Shown piece after piece: positions 54,267 through 64,000 of a stretch of DNA of 64,000 bases. Positions within the stretch are counted from its first letter, which is position 1, and the number at the start of each line of letters is the position of its first letter. A program made the translations under genes and the position numbers. Location of the stretch: NCBI GenBank assembly GCA_019358915.1, contig JAHHIM010000065.1, positions 64,001 to 128,000 on the forward strand. The letters are read 5' to 3'. This stretch comes from Trichormus sp. ATA11-4-KO1. Its GTDB lineage: Bacteria; Cyanobacteriota; Cyanobacteriia; Cyanobacteriales; Nostocaceae. Below the pieces are notes generated by a model, which made no database searches, was not told the origin of the DNA, and saw only the letters and a list, made by a program, of their open reading frames with translations.

Positions 54267-55130
54267 TTAGATGAAAAGTTGCGCAACACCTGTAATATTG
54301 TCGTTTCCATATCCTTTGGCGATCGCTTCCAAGTAAATGCCGTGAATAGCATTAGATGCGGGAATTGCAGCAGCAACAGTTTGCGCTGTTTGAGTAACAT
54401 AGCGGAAATCTTTCTCCACTAAATTAATTGGGAACATCGGTGCATGGTTGTTCATCAACATCAGATTTCCTACGCCTTTAGCGGCTGGACTCATCACAGG
54501 CATATCACCGAGGCATTCCATCGCTTTTGCTGGGTCAATCCCCTGCTTATTCAACATTCCCAAAATTTCTGCTAATGCGGCCACCTGAATACCAAAAAGC
54601 GCATTGACTGCAAGTTTCATCGCCATCCCTTGACCAATCGGGCCAACATGGATAGCTGCGGCTCCGGCAGCATAGAGGACATCTTGGGCTAGTGTTAAAG
54701 TCTCTACACTTCCCCCAACCACATAAATGAGCTTTCCGGCATCCGCTTGTGGACGAGAGCCAATGACGGGAGCATCAAGAAAGGCTATCCCACGGCTTTC
54801 AATGTTTGCTGCTAGTTCTTTCGTCCAATCAACAGTTAACGTGCTTGACTCAATTGCAATTGCGTCTTTGCCAAGTCCCATCGCTGCACCCTTTTCTGGG
54901 TCAAGCCAGATTGCTCGTGACGCATCGTCATCAGTGACCATACTAATCACGATGTCAGCTGACTCGGCTGCTTCTCTGGGCGTTGCCGCCCAAACAGCTC
55001 CTTTATCCAGCAAGGGTATGGCTTTATCTGCCGTGCGGTTGTAAACAAAGACCTTATGGTTAGCACTAAGAAGGTTCTGTGCTACACGAAATCCCATTGC
55101 ACCTATTCCCAGTAATGCAACTTTGCTCAT
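54267..55130 (-). CDS. NAD(P)-dependent beta-hydroxyacid dehydrogenase family protein
   Basis: GIGAMG, YNRT, FLDAPVIGS, MKLAVN, KDF. Confidence 0.9.
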   Translation of the reverse strand: MSKVALLGIGAMGFRVAQNLLSANHKVFVYNRTADKAIPLLDKGAVWAATPREAAESADIVISMVTDDDASRAIWLDPEKGAAMGLGKDAIAIESSTLTVDWTKELAANIESRGIAFLDAPVIGSRPQADAGKLIYVVGGSVETLTLAQDVLYAAGAAAIHVGPIGQGMAMKLAVNALFGIQVAALAEILGMLNKQGIDPAKAMECLGDMPVMSPAAKGVGNLMLMNNHAPMFPINLVEKDFRYVTQTAQTVAAAIPASNAIHGIYLEAIAKGYGNDNITGVAQLFI

Positions 55131-55345
55131 ACTGTTTCTCCCGTGAATTTTTTCGTACTAAATTGTGAATTTTTGGCGTTGCTAATTAATCGCATAAATT
55201 TTATTGCCCGCAAAGACTAGGCAGTAATCTCGGACTTGGGGGTTTCCCCCATGGGCGACTACTGCCGTAGCAAAAGCGCTAAGAATAAATCTTCAGCTTT
55301 GATTAACAAGCTCAATTCATCCGGCAAATATGCAACGCTGAATTT

Positions 55346-56041
55346 TTAGGTTGAGTAACCAAATGAATTGCGAGCATAACCATCGAAGGCATCCAGCAAG
55401 CGTTCGCGCCAAGCATAAATTAGATCATCTTGGGCGAGCAATTGGATGGGACTAACTGCCCTTGCCCATTGAAATGGTGCAAATACAATATAGTCAGCAA
55501 AATAAGGACTATCACCGCCTAAATAGGGTTGACGTTTGAGAACTTCTCGTATGGGAGATAAAGCTGTTCGCAAAGCAGTAATAGTCGCATCATCCGGTGT
55601 GGCAAATTCTTCCAGTGTCATCCCCAAAAATTTTTCTCGGCTCTCGCGAAAGTATGCTTTGTCCTTTTCATGTAAATGCTGAAATAAATCTAGGAGAATA
55701 ATCCGCAAAATAATTGGTGTGATGGTTTGCACACACCAAAACTTCATGAATAAAGCACCTGATTCACTGGCTTTTCCACCAAATAAACTGGGACGATCGG
55801 CATAAGTTGTTTCCAAGTAACGCACAATTTCCCAACTATCAACTACAGTGTGGTCACCATCAACCAAGACAGGAACCTTTCCCTGCCCGGAAAAAGCGAT
55901 CGCCTCTTTCTCTGTAAACCGCCAAGGAATTTCTTGGGCATTAAGTCCTTTGTGCTTTAAAGCCATTTTGACTTGCCAACAAGGCGGACTAAAGCGGCAA
56001 TCATCCTTGGCTCCAGCTAAATCATAAAGTTTAAGATCCAT
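55346..56041 (-). CDS. Glutathione S-transferase family (LigE/beta-etherase-like)
   Basis: LYDLAG...RFSP.CW..KMALKHKGL, KVPVLVDG, DSW.I..YLE, FADY. Confidence 0.85.
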   Translation of the reverse strand: MDLKLYDLAGAKDDCRFSPPCWQVKMALKHKGLNAQEIPWRFTEKEAIAFSGQGKVPVLVDGDHTVVDSWEIVRYLETTYADRPSLFGGKASESGALFMKFWCVQTITPIILRIILLDLFQHLHEKDKAYFRESREKFLGMTLEEFATPDDATITALRTALSPIREVLKRQPYLGGDSPYFADYIVFAPFQWARAVSPIQLLAQDDLIYAWRERLLDAFDGYARNSFGYST

Positions 56042-56284
56042 ATTTTCTCCTCTTAACAATAATGATTCGATTCTATCAACAGTTTGATAATATTGATACC
56101 AGATGTACATTCAAGCCTTGTGCATTGAGATTATCCAAATTCACTCTACTTGTGAGGTGCTAAAGATTTGTAATATCAACTACCTAACTTATTAGCAAAC
56201 TGACAAGTTAGCGCTACTTAAAAAAGCTGATACTAGGAAATTAATTCCTGTTTATTGAGCTTAAGACATGGTAATTTAGTTGTT

Positions 56285-56842
56285 CTATCCTAATAATTGC
56301 TTTTCCTTAACTTTTTGAGGTTTTTTCACTTGCCGCTCCAGCCACCATCTTCTCAAGAACAAAATGATTATTGTTGTCATGCCAATAATTGTCAAAGGAG
56401 TGGCAAAATTCCAATGTCCATGCATTTTGTCATTAATATGCCAAAATAGTAAAAACATTGCTAAATAAGTTAACTGATGCAACTGTTGCCAGTTTTTCTT
56501 CATTTTTTTGACACACCAGTCATTAGAGGTGACTGCTAGCAGTGTGAAAATAATAAATGTTGCCGAGCCATGCACATATACTCTATAGGTGTTCAAATCG
56601 AAGAAATCAAAATTTCTTTTGATTACCAACAGCCAAGCATGACCCAAAGCTAACAAAAAGGATAGAATACCTAATTGGCGGCGATTTTTCAATAATTCGA
56701 TGGGAAGTTTCGCCTTTTTAAGTGCAGGAAAAACTACTCTTAAAGAGGTTGGAAGTAATGTCAAGATGTAACTAACTACTGCCAAAATACCTAGTAAGTT
56801 AGCCGGGGAAATAGAATCGGAAAACCATGTTGTATACATCAT
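56285..56842 (-). CDS. Ferric reductase-like transmembrane (MsrQ-like) protein
   Basis: RRQLG, H in TM, LAVTSN, WQQLHQLTY..H. Confidence 0.85.
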   Translation of the reverse strand: MMYTTWFSDSISPANLLGILAVVSYILTLLPTSLRVVFPALKKAKLPIELLKNRRQLGILSFLLALGHAWLLVIKRNFDFFDLNTYRVYVHGSATFIIFTLLAVTSNDWCVKKMKKNWQQLHQLTYLAMFLLFWHINDKMHGHWNFATPLTIIGMTTIIILFLRRWWLERQVKKPQKVKEKQLLG

Positions 56843-57012
56843 CTTTACAATTAAATTTCACTTACTGAGTTAGAAACTACGTCACCTGCGATCGCCTGAT
56901 TTAAAGAGTTAGCTTAATTTCCAATTAAATAGTTTCATGGTCAATAAATCATCTATTTCAGGATGCCATCACACCTAGAAATAGGTGATTTATTTTCCTG
57001 CTTTTTAGCACC

Positions 57013-57879
57013 TCACATTTTGGCACTGCTTCTTGCTTTTTGACCTTTCTGACGATGCAAAAAGAACAAGCTACCCACAAACAATAGTCCTATAAACGTA
57101 TTTGGCTCAGGAACCTGGGTAATTGTAATTCTGGCAACTTGATAACCAGGAACTGTAAAGTCAGCATTAGCAAAATTGGGATCGCCTAAAATATTACCTC
57201 CAGGAATAAAACCTGGATGTACTGTCACAACTCCATTTTCATCAATACCTGTGTTAGGTTGAAAATCATCAAACGGTGTCGGCCCCACACCAGCAGCATT
57301 AAATCTACTTTCGTCGTTGATTTCTGAACCAGCATCCAAAACATCAGCACCAAGAACGACAAAGCTAGTAGGAATAAATTTGCCTGCGTCATCAAATATT
57401 CTGTAAGCAAGAGGATTATCATTACCAAAGAAAGCATCATTGCTAGGTAAAACCATCGCACCATAGCTAAAATAACGACTGTTCGCGAGAGATCCATCTA
57501 CTGTAAAAGTCGCTGATGCGCTGTCCCCAGGGAAAAAATCTTGTACTGGGCCTGTCGGTCCAAAGACTATACCATCAACTGAACCAGTGCTACTGCTGTT
57601 AAACAAACTGCTAATTTCACTCAAGTCAGCATCTTCTGCTAAACGCTCAAGAGCTAAATTTGGTGGTTGACCAATATCAAAGAAATCAAAATTACCATCA
57701 TGGAAACCAACCCATAAACTGCTAAAAAAGTTACCTTGCTGTGGTGCTAAGTTTTCCACTGTCACCCTTAAAGTTGCAGCATTTACTGCTGAAAAACTGA
57801 TCAAAGTAGACAATGATGCAAACATACCTGCCAGAACATTTTTGCCGAGTTTGCTCAAGTGTGTGTGTCGATTAATCAT
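57013..57879 (-). CDS. Spondin_N domain PEP-CTERM exosortase substrate
   Basis: Signal peptide; LRVTVENLAP, LAEDA, MVLPSNDAF, DAGSEINDE; VPEP + TM + basic tail. Confidence 0.85.
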   Translation of the reverse strand: MINRHTHLSKLGKNVLAGMFASLSTLISFSAVNAATLRVTVENLAPQQGNFFSSLWVGFHDGNFDFFDIGQPPNLALERLAEDADLSEISSLFNSSSTGSVDGIVFGPTGPVQDFFPGDSASATFTVDGSLANSRYFSYGAMVLPSNDAFFGNDNPLAYRIFDDAGKFIPTSFVVLGADVLDAGSEINDESRFNAAGVGPTPFDDFQPNTGIDENGVVTVHPGFIPGGNILGDPNFANADFTVPGYQVARITITQVPEPNTFIGLLFVGSLFFLHRQKGQKARSSAKM

Positions 57880-58030
57880 GGTTTTTTTGTTTTATCAAGA
57901 TGATGATTAAAACATCAGTAGATCACAAAACAACAACTTTTCGATCTACTGACATTGAAGTAGCAAGGTAGAAGTCAGCCAGTCTTGCCTAAATCGTATA
58001 GGCGTGACAGCTTATTAAACAAGCAAAAAT

Positions 58031-58675
58031 CTATAACTGCTTGAGAATAGTCAAGATATCAGTAGGCTCTAGACGCTTGGTATAGTCTGGATCAATGAAT
58101 GCATAGACAATCTGACTATTTTTAGCCACTACATAAGTCGCTGAAATCGGTAATTCGTAAGAGGTATCTCCGTTGTACTCAGACACATCAATTCCAAACC
58201 CTTTATGAACCTGACGCACTTGTTCAGAAAGTTGGTAGACTAGTCCAAATTGTTTAGCAACTTTATTGCCTACATCACTAAGCACTTCAAACTCAAGATT
58301 ATTCTTCTCAACGGTAGAAAGAGTATGGTCTGGGGTTTGGGGCGAAATCGCAACTAAGGAAGCTCCTAGAGACTTGATTTCCGGCAATACTTTTTGCAGC
58401 TCAGTTAATTCCAGACTACAGAAAGGACACCATTGTCCCCGGTAGAAAGAAATTACAACAGGGCCATGAGCCAGTAGCGTTTGAATTTGAACAGCCTGCT
58501 CTTTGGCATTAGGGAGAGTAAAGTTAGGTACTGTATCTCCCACTTGTAGGGATTTTTCTACAATCCCGGCACGAGCTAAATTTTCTGTGGACTGACTGAT
58601 TGTCGTCAGAGTTTCCACCGGAACGTTGCTCTGCATATATGACAGAACCTTGTCAATTTCTTGTGCTAAAGTCAT
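58031..58675 (-). CDS. Peroxiredoxin-like AhpC/TSA protein
   Basis: PNFTLP, FYRGQWCPFC, AISPQ, LSD.GN, DYTKRLEP. Confidence 0.88.
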   Translation of the reverse strand: MTLAQEIDKVLSYMQSNVPVETLTTISQSTENLARAGIVEKSLQVGDTVPNFTLPNAKEQAVQIQTLLAHGPVVISFYRGQWCPFCSLELTELQKVLPEIKSLGASLVAISPQTPDHTLSTVEKNNLEFEVLSDVGNKVAKQFGLVYQLSEQVRQVHKGFGIDVSEYNGDTSYELPISATYVVAKNSQIVYAFIDPDYTKRLEPTDILTILKQL

Positions 58676-59351
58676 GGTTTTTCCTTGGGAAAATTTTGTA
58701 GTTTACTAGTCTGATTTGCAGTTGTCCCTGCAAACTTCTGGAATAATTTGCTTGAGGCTGGAGCTAGTGCAAACTTTGTAATTGCTCTTGGGGTGAGTGG
58801 GTACCCTATTACCCTTTTATAGAGCCAAGTTTCAGTTGATTGCGGTAATCAACTATCAACATGATTTAATTATACTTGATGTCAAAGAAGCAATAAATAG
58901 CAATTGATGAATGACTTTCGTGTATTTTTTACACGAATTGCTCCTGAGATTTAGACCAGATTAAAGATATATATCTTGCACCAACATCAAAAACTGTCAT
59001 CTAGCCACAATACCTTAGCCAATTTACGAGGGTGAGATGATGATGCTTTAACCATTAACTCCCATTTCTCGCTCGGCTTGGCAAAAACAATCAGCCATAA
59101 AAATTCCTTTAAGGTTTCCCACAAGGGTTTTTTAACGTATTGACAGCAGGATAAGGGTTTGGGATGACAAACTACCTTTTTATCGAAACGCTTATGTATG
59201 CTTATTTTTGCCAGTTTTGCCAAAAATTATCAAGGCTCTTATTTTGGCTAAGGTATTGCTAGCCAAAAAATTTATTTCTTGGCGGGATATAGAACCGATG
59301 CAAGATATCTGGTTATGGTCTTGGGGATTAAATGAAATCGCTGTGGCATCC

Positions 59352-60365
59352 TCAATTGACAGGGTTGAGCCAAATTTTCACAGTTTCATCAGAACTACCA
59401 CTAGCAAGAATCTGTCCATCTGAACTAAAAGCTATAGACCAAATAGCCTTGTCATGACCCTTAAGTTGATCAATTAGTTGTCCTGTTTGTGTATTCCACA
59501 ACTTAATTTTTTTGTCATAACTACCACTAGCTAAAGTCTCTCCCTTAGGACTGAAAGCTACGGAATGAACTGCTCTATCATGCTCTTTCATAACGTAGCG
59601 CAACTGCCCATTTTGCAAGTTCCATAACTTAATTGTGCGGTCAGAACTGCCACTAGCTAGAAAACGTCCATCAGGACTGAAGGCTATAGACCAAATTCTT
59701 TGGTTATGAGCTGCTAAAGGTGTTTTTAATTGACCAGTACTTATCTGCCAAAGCATAATTTTTCCACCTTCATCGCCACTAGCTAAAGTTTGACCGTCGG
59801 GACTAATGGCAACAGTTCTCACTGGTTTTGATTGACTGAAAGTCTGCAATAATTCACCAGTCTCTACACTCCAGAGATTCACTTTTTTGTCCCAGCCAGC
59901 ACTAGCTAAAGTTTTACCATCGGGGCTAAACGTAACTGCTTTAACATCATTTGAATGTCCAGATAAAGTGCGGATTAGTTCACCTGTTTTCAAATCCCAC
60001 AATTTAACCTGGAAATCCCAACTGCCACTAGCTAAAATTTCACCATCTGGGCTAATTGCAACGGATTCTACAGAGTTTCCGTGTCCCCGAAGTGTGTGAA
60101 TTAAATCGCCAGTTTTCAGATTCCAAACCTTGATACTTTTATCATAACTCCCTGTAATAAGCTTTTGATTATCGGGACTAATGGCGACTGAATAAACCCA
60201 CACTGAATTAGTATTTAATGTGCGCGTTTGTTCATCATCTATCAGTAATTTATTTGTAGAGTTACCCGACGAAACTAATGAAATGCTAATTGTGCCAAGA
60301 AGTATAGAAAATACAACACCTGCTAAGCCGGTTTTGGTTTTTATGTTAATTGATTTGAGTTTCAT
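59352..60365 (-). CDS. WD40 repeat protein with N-terminal TM/signal
   Basis: Seven SVAISPD...SGS.D..IK.W repeats. Confidence 0.9.
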   Translation of the reverse strand: MKLKSINIKTKTGLAGVVFSILLGTISISLVSSGNSTNKLLIDDEQTRTLNTNSVWVYSVAISPDNQKLITGSYDKSIKVWNLKTGDLIHTLRGHGNSVESVAISPDGEILASGSWDFQVKLWDLKTGELIRTLSGHSNDVKAVTFSPDGKTLASAGWDKKVNLWSVETGELLQTFSQSKPVRTVAISPDGQTLASGDEGGKIMLWQISTGQLKTPLAAHNQRIWSIAFSPDGRFLASGSSDRTIKLWNLQNGQLRYVMKEHDRAVHSVAFSPKGETLASGSYDKKIKLWNTQTGQLIDQLKGHDKAIWSIAFSSDGQILASGSSDETVKIWLNPVN

Positions 60366-60739
60366 AATAATTGATGCATTGGTTTAATTTTACAGAAAAT
60401 CGTCATAATGCCTTAATTACGAATTTTTCAGGCAATATTATCCCGATGATCGTTCAACCTGCTCACTCTCTTTAACTCAAATCTACAGAGCGGTTTGGCA
60501 AATTTATTAATTCTATTGAATGAAAAAGTGTCAGTCTGGTAGAAGTCATTTCACGACTTCATCCTGGAAATTTTTAGTAAGTCTGCGTTAAAAAATCAAC
60601 TTCACGAAACGTAAAATCAGCAAACAACCTGAGCTTATCTTTCGATATTTTGATTTTTTAACGCCAACCTAGCTAAATCGCTACCAAATCCAGTTCTGTC
60701 TATGGAGAATTTGGATGTGGTTTAGCTTTTGACAAACCA

Positions 60740-62827
60740 CTAGTTTCCGAATGAGTTAATTACGAGGTCAGCCACGTTTTTACCTAACTCAACTTCGGGA
60801 TCGTTTTCCATATTTAGCAGAACATCACCCTCAGTGGTATTGACGGTAAATAGTTCTGTCTCTGTAGTAGAAGAAGTACTACCATCAGAGGTAGTGGTGC
60901 TAAATGCTTCTGTCTCTGTAGTAGAAGTTTCCGATTCTGTGGTCAGAGATTCGCTGCTGGATCTAGTTACTGGTGTATCAACTACTGCCGCAGATGGAAC
61001 GTGAACCCCACCGAAAATGCGGCTAGCAGCATTAGCCTCTATCGCCGTACTAATGGTGTTGAACGTGAGAGCCACGCCTGGTAAGTCTTGGGAAGGAACG
61101 GAGAAAATTGTGTTGTCACCGAAGAAATTAATCAACACTTGTCCTGCTGCTGCACCAAATGCCGCGTGTCCAGAGTTATAGTCTGGAAAAGGTGGGGTTA
61201 AGGGGATGTCAAAGAATCTTTGAGGGTCATGATACGAGATCAGTGGCAACCAGGTGGTATCGCGAACAGTTCCTGACTCGAAGGTGCGTTGGTCTTGGCG
61301 GATTGCTTGAATTGGTCGTAATTGATTGTATGTGTACTTGGAATCCCAAGTAAGAATACCGACATCAGCCTGTGCCACGTTCAACTGAGCAAATAAAAGG
61401 GCATTCTGAGCTAGCGTAGCCCCTTTATTCAAAGAGATTTGTTGCGCGTACTGGTTCCACTGACCGGGTGGTCTAAATGTGTTTGCACGATCTAAAGCCC
61501 AGAAAACAGCAGTTTTGGTCTGGTCGGAAGTACGCGTAATTGTCGTAACGCTAGTATTGCGGAAAGCACCTACTTGTCGGACAAGATTTTCTTCATCTAT
61601 GAACTGTTGGCTACCAAATTGTGGTGGGCCAGTCAGTCCAAACTGGTCTAAGCGAGCCTGAGGATTATTGGGGTCGCGAGGGGGTACGCTAGATGAAAAT
61701 GGAGTAACTGAGCCCCAGCCTGGCAATGCTGCTGCTGAAAAATCGGGGAAAGATGGTTGCCATTCACCCGCTAAATTTCCGCCTGTGTAAATTGACTGCA
61801 ATGCTTCAGCTAAACCATCATCGCTGCGCAAGTTTAGTATTTGATTAGCAACCTCTCTTCCTACAGCTCTACCATTATCTTTAGCTCTACCATCCGATAT
61901 TTTTGCCAAAGATGCTTCCAATTGTCGGTCAAATACAGGTCTGAGTTGTGGATCTGGGAAGAGGTTAATGAGCGTTGTATAAGCTGCTTGGGTAGCTGCG
62001 GCGCGCGCATTAGCACCGCCACTCAGCCCAAGACTAGCGGGAGTTACTTTCACAGCATAAGGTGAACCGATATTGAGGATCGAGTTGACAGCATCATAGA
62101 CTGACACGTGAACGATCGCCTGACTGCGAGTCGCTACTGGGGGTGGAGTACCACCTCTAGCTAAAATCACGCCATTTTCACGTTGAATCCCTGTCGCCAA
62201 GATGGCATTTAGCAGGGTTGCATTCCAAACAATTACAGGGTCACCAGAATTCACCAACTTCTCGATGACTTTTTTGTCTTGAGTGGCCTGGGGAATGGTG
62301 GTGTCAACCTCAGTAATGAGATGGTAAGCACCAGGTGCTACAACACTCGGTTGAACAAAGTTAGCCTGACCAAGGTTTACGGTAACAGTTGTAGAAGCAC
62401 CAGGAAGCAAATCCACAGATGGAATTGTTTTGGTTCCCAGGATCTCATCTGTACCCACTAGAGGCTCGTTTATGGTAGTACCCAACGTTGATACTTGAGT
62501 GACAGTTTTAGGAGTACTCAGGGGGTTCTTATCAAGGATTGCGTCCGGTGATACGTAGATATTGAGATTTAGAGGGCCTTGATAAACTGCTGTACCGCGA
62601 TTAGTAATAACAACGTCAAATCGACCGCGTTTAACATCTGCGCCTAATAGTGTCGGTTTCCGAAAAACTTCACCAAATGCAATTTGGATATCCGGGCGTG
62701 CCTCTGTGAATTGAGCATAACTTGCAGGGATCACCGCAGCACTGAGCACAGATGCAACTGCCGTACTTTTTACAAACAACGAAATAAAGTTGGAGACGGT
62801 ACCTAACCTGAACTGAGAGTCTGCCAT
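60740..62827 (-). CDS. Secreted vanadium-dependent haloperoxidase / PAP2-superfamily protein with N-terminal Ig-like domain
   Basis: Signal peptide; KYTYNQLRP (Kx6RP), PPFPDYNSGH, SRIFGGVH (Rx5H). Confidence 0.82.
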   Translation of the reverse strand: MADSQFRLGTVSNFISLFVKSTAVASVLSAAVIPASYAQFTEARPDIQIAFGEVFRKPTLLGADVKRGRFDVVITNRGTAVYQGPLNLNIYVSPDAILDKNPLSTPKTVTQVSTLGTTINEPLVGTDEILGTKTIPSVDLLPGASTTVTVNLGQANFVQPSVVAPGAYHLITEVDTTIPQATQDKKVIEKLVNSGDPVIVWNATLLNAILATGIQRENGVILARGGTPPPVATRSQAIVHVSVYDAVNSILNIGSPYAVKVTPASLGLSGGANARAAATQAAYTTLINLFPDPQLRPVFDRQLEASLAKISDGRAKDNGRAVGREVANQILNLRSDDGLAEALQSIYTGGNLAGEWQPSFPDFSAAALPGWGSVTPFSSSVPPRDPNNPQARLDQFGLTGPPQFGSQQFIDEENLVRQVGAFRNTSVTTITRTSDQTKTAVFWALDRANTFRPPGQWNQYAQQISLNKGATLAQNALLFAQLNVAQADVGILTWDSKYTYNQLRPIQAIRQDQRTFESGTVRDTTWLPLISYHDPQRFFDIPLTPPFPDYNSGHAAFGAAAGQVLINFFGDNTIFSVPSQDLPGVALTFNTISTAIEANAASRIFGGVHVPSAAVVDTPVTRSSSESLTTESETSTTETEAFSTTTSDGSTSSTTETELFTVNTTEGDVLLNMENDPEVELGKNVADLVINSFGN

Positions 62828-63916
62828 AAGGTTGTACTTTTTTAGTGGTAGAGGATAATTGGTAGTTGGAAAACTGCAAAAAATGTGATGGATAGAATCA
62901 TCACTTATTAGGATTATTGATTTAACTTTTGAAAAAGCTCTCCGGAATCTTGCAGAAGGGTAATATGTCTGACCGCAAACAACGAAAAAACAGCATTTTA
63001 AAGCTGCGATGATCCCAAGAAAAATAAGCCTACAAGCAATATTTTTCCTACAGAAATCTCCGCGAACTCTAACGCAGAACTACAATAATTTATTGCTCTT
63101 CACCCAGATGTGTGTGAGGTGAAAAAAGCATTAGCCGTTAAGCTGGTTTATCAAGTCCACTCGGACAAAGAAGTCCAAGCCATTTCCAGATATGTCCCTA
63201 GCGGTTTACCAAGGCAACTTCGCTAGGTGATTGGAGCTAAAAGTGCTGATTTGGTAAGTAATCCAAATATACCTTACTAGGCAAAATTTGACTAGCGAAC
63301 TACTAGGTTCAATGATAGGCTGGAAACAAGCCTAAGAGGAACATAGAACGGATGGGAGCTTTTTCAAAAATCAAATATTAGTCCTACAGATGTCGGTAGA
63401 AAGATAATATTACCACGACTGGAAGCATCCTTTTGTCATTTGATTTGGGTGCGGCTATTTATACTTTTGTTGCTTTCTCCAACAACTTAGACAATAGTTC
63501 TTAGTTGTAAAGTTTAGATTATCAATCAAGTATTAATTTATTATTATCTAGTTAAGACAAACTTAATGTACTGACGCAAGGTTAGCTCGCCTCATTTAGT
63601 ATATGGTAATCTTAATTGAAACGTGAGAACATATACGATTTTATTATCTACTTGAAAAGTCAAATTTTGCTCATTCCTGGCGATAATAAATGACCGCTAG
63701 ACAAAGCTATAGACTTGATCTGAATAATGAGCGATTGTCAAGTCCGGTTTTCTAGTCCTTTCAAGGGGGATAAAAACATAGTATGTTTACTCTGTTTCCT
63801 CCCGAAGTTTGCTCAATGCAGGGAACCTGCCCACGCAACTTCTCTTTGCTTCTGGAGATGTCTAGATAAATTACTTTTTAAACCATATGCCCTTTTAGCC
63901 GACTGGCTTTGAAAGC

Positions 63917-64000
63917 TCAGTTCTGATACTTTCGCCTCAGAAAATCGACCATTGTCCGCACTTTGTTTGGCAGGTAGACGCGGCTAGGATACAGAAGCCA
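63917..64000 (-). CDS. LysR-family regulator, C-terminal end (partial)
   Basis: Manual translation WLLYPSRVYLPNKVRTMVDFLRRKYQN*, matching the YPSR..LP.KVR.F.DFL tail of CrgA-like LTTRs. Confidence 0.7.
   Translation of the reverse strand, partial: WLLYPSRVYLPNKVRTMVDFLRRKYQN

Noticed and set aside
58987..59423. Short ORFs (78 aa, 71 aa) or a possible CRISPR leader/retron ncRNA
   Set aside because: No recognisable protein motifs, no repeat array and no reverse transcriptase in the window

Overview
64 kb of a filamentous, probably heterocyst-forming (Nostocales-like) cyanobacterial chromosome. The assignment rests on dense HIP1 octamers (GCGATCGC), short tandem repeats, MITE-like elements and cyanobacterial gene families. 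The backbone is housekeeping: fghA/frmA, avtA-rimM, gshA, trmL, an NlpD-like M23 protein, tRNA-Met, glycogen debranching enzyme, 2-Cys peroxiredoxin, msrB, hsp20 and mop. Accessory or unusual elements are: (i) an overlapping SF1 (Upf1/DNA2-like) helicase + HKD/PLD-like pair, a candidate defence system; (ii) a HIP1-bounded cassette between frmA and fghA carrying a coiled-coil protein with a DUF4157/eCIS-effector-type leader plus two DUF29 genes; (iii) a CBS-HEPN(RxxxxH) protein; (iv) a caspase-STAND NTPase-TM-WD40 protein; (v) an orphan AurF-like diiron oxygenase + GATase pair behind a foldable leader; (vi) a co-oriented redox cluster headed by a secreted vanadium-haloperoxidase/PAP2 protein; (vii) two gene relics (internally deleted glgP, C5-MTase tail); (viii) several candidate structured RNAs. 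No CRISPR array, rRNA, integrase or intact transposase was seen. All calls come from motif recognition by eye; no searches were run.
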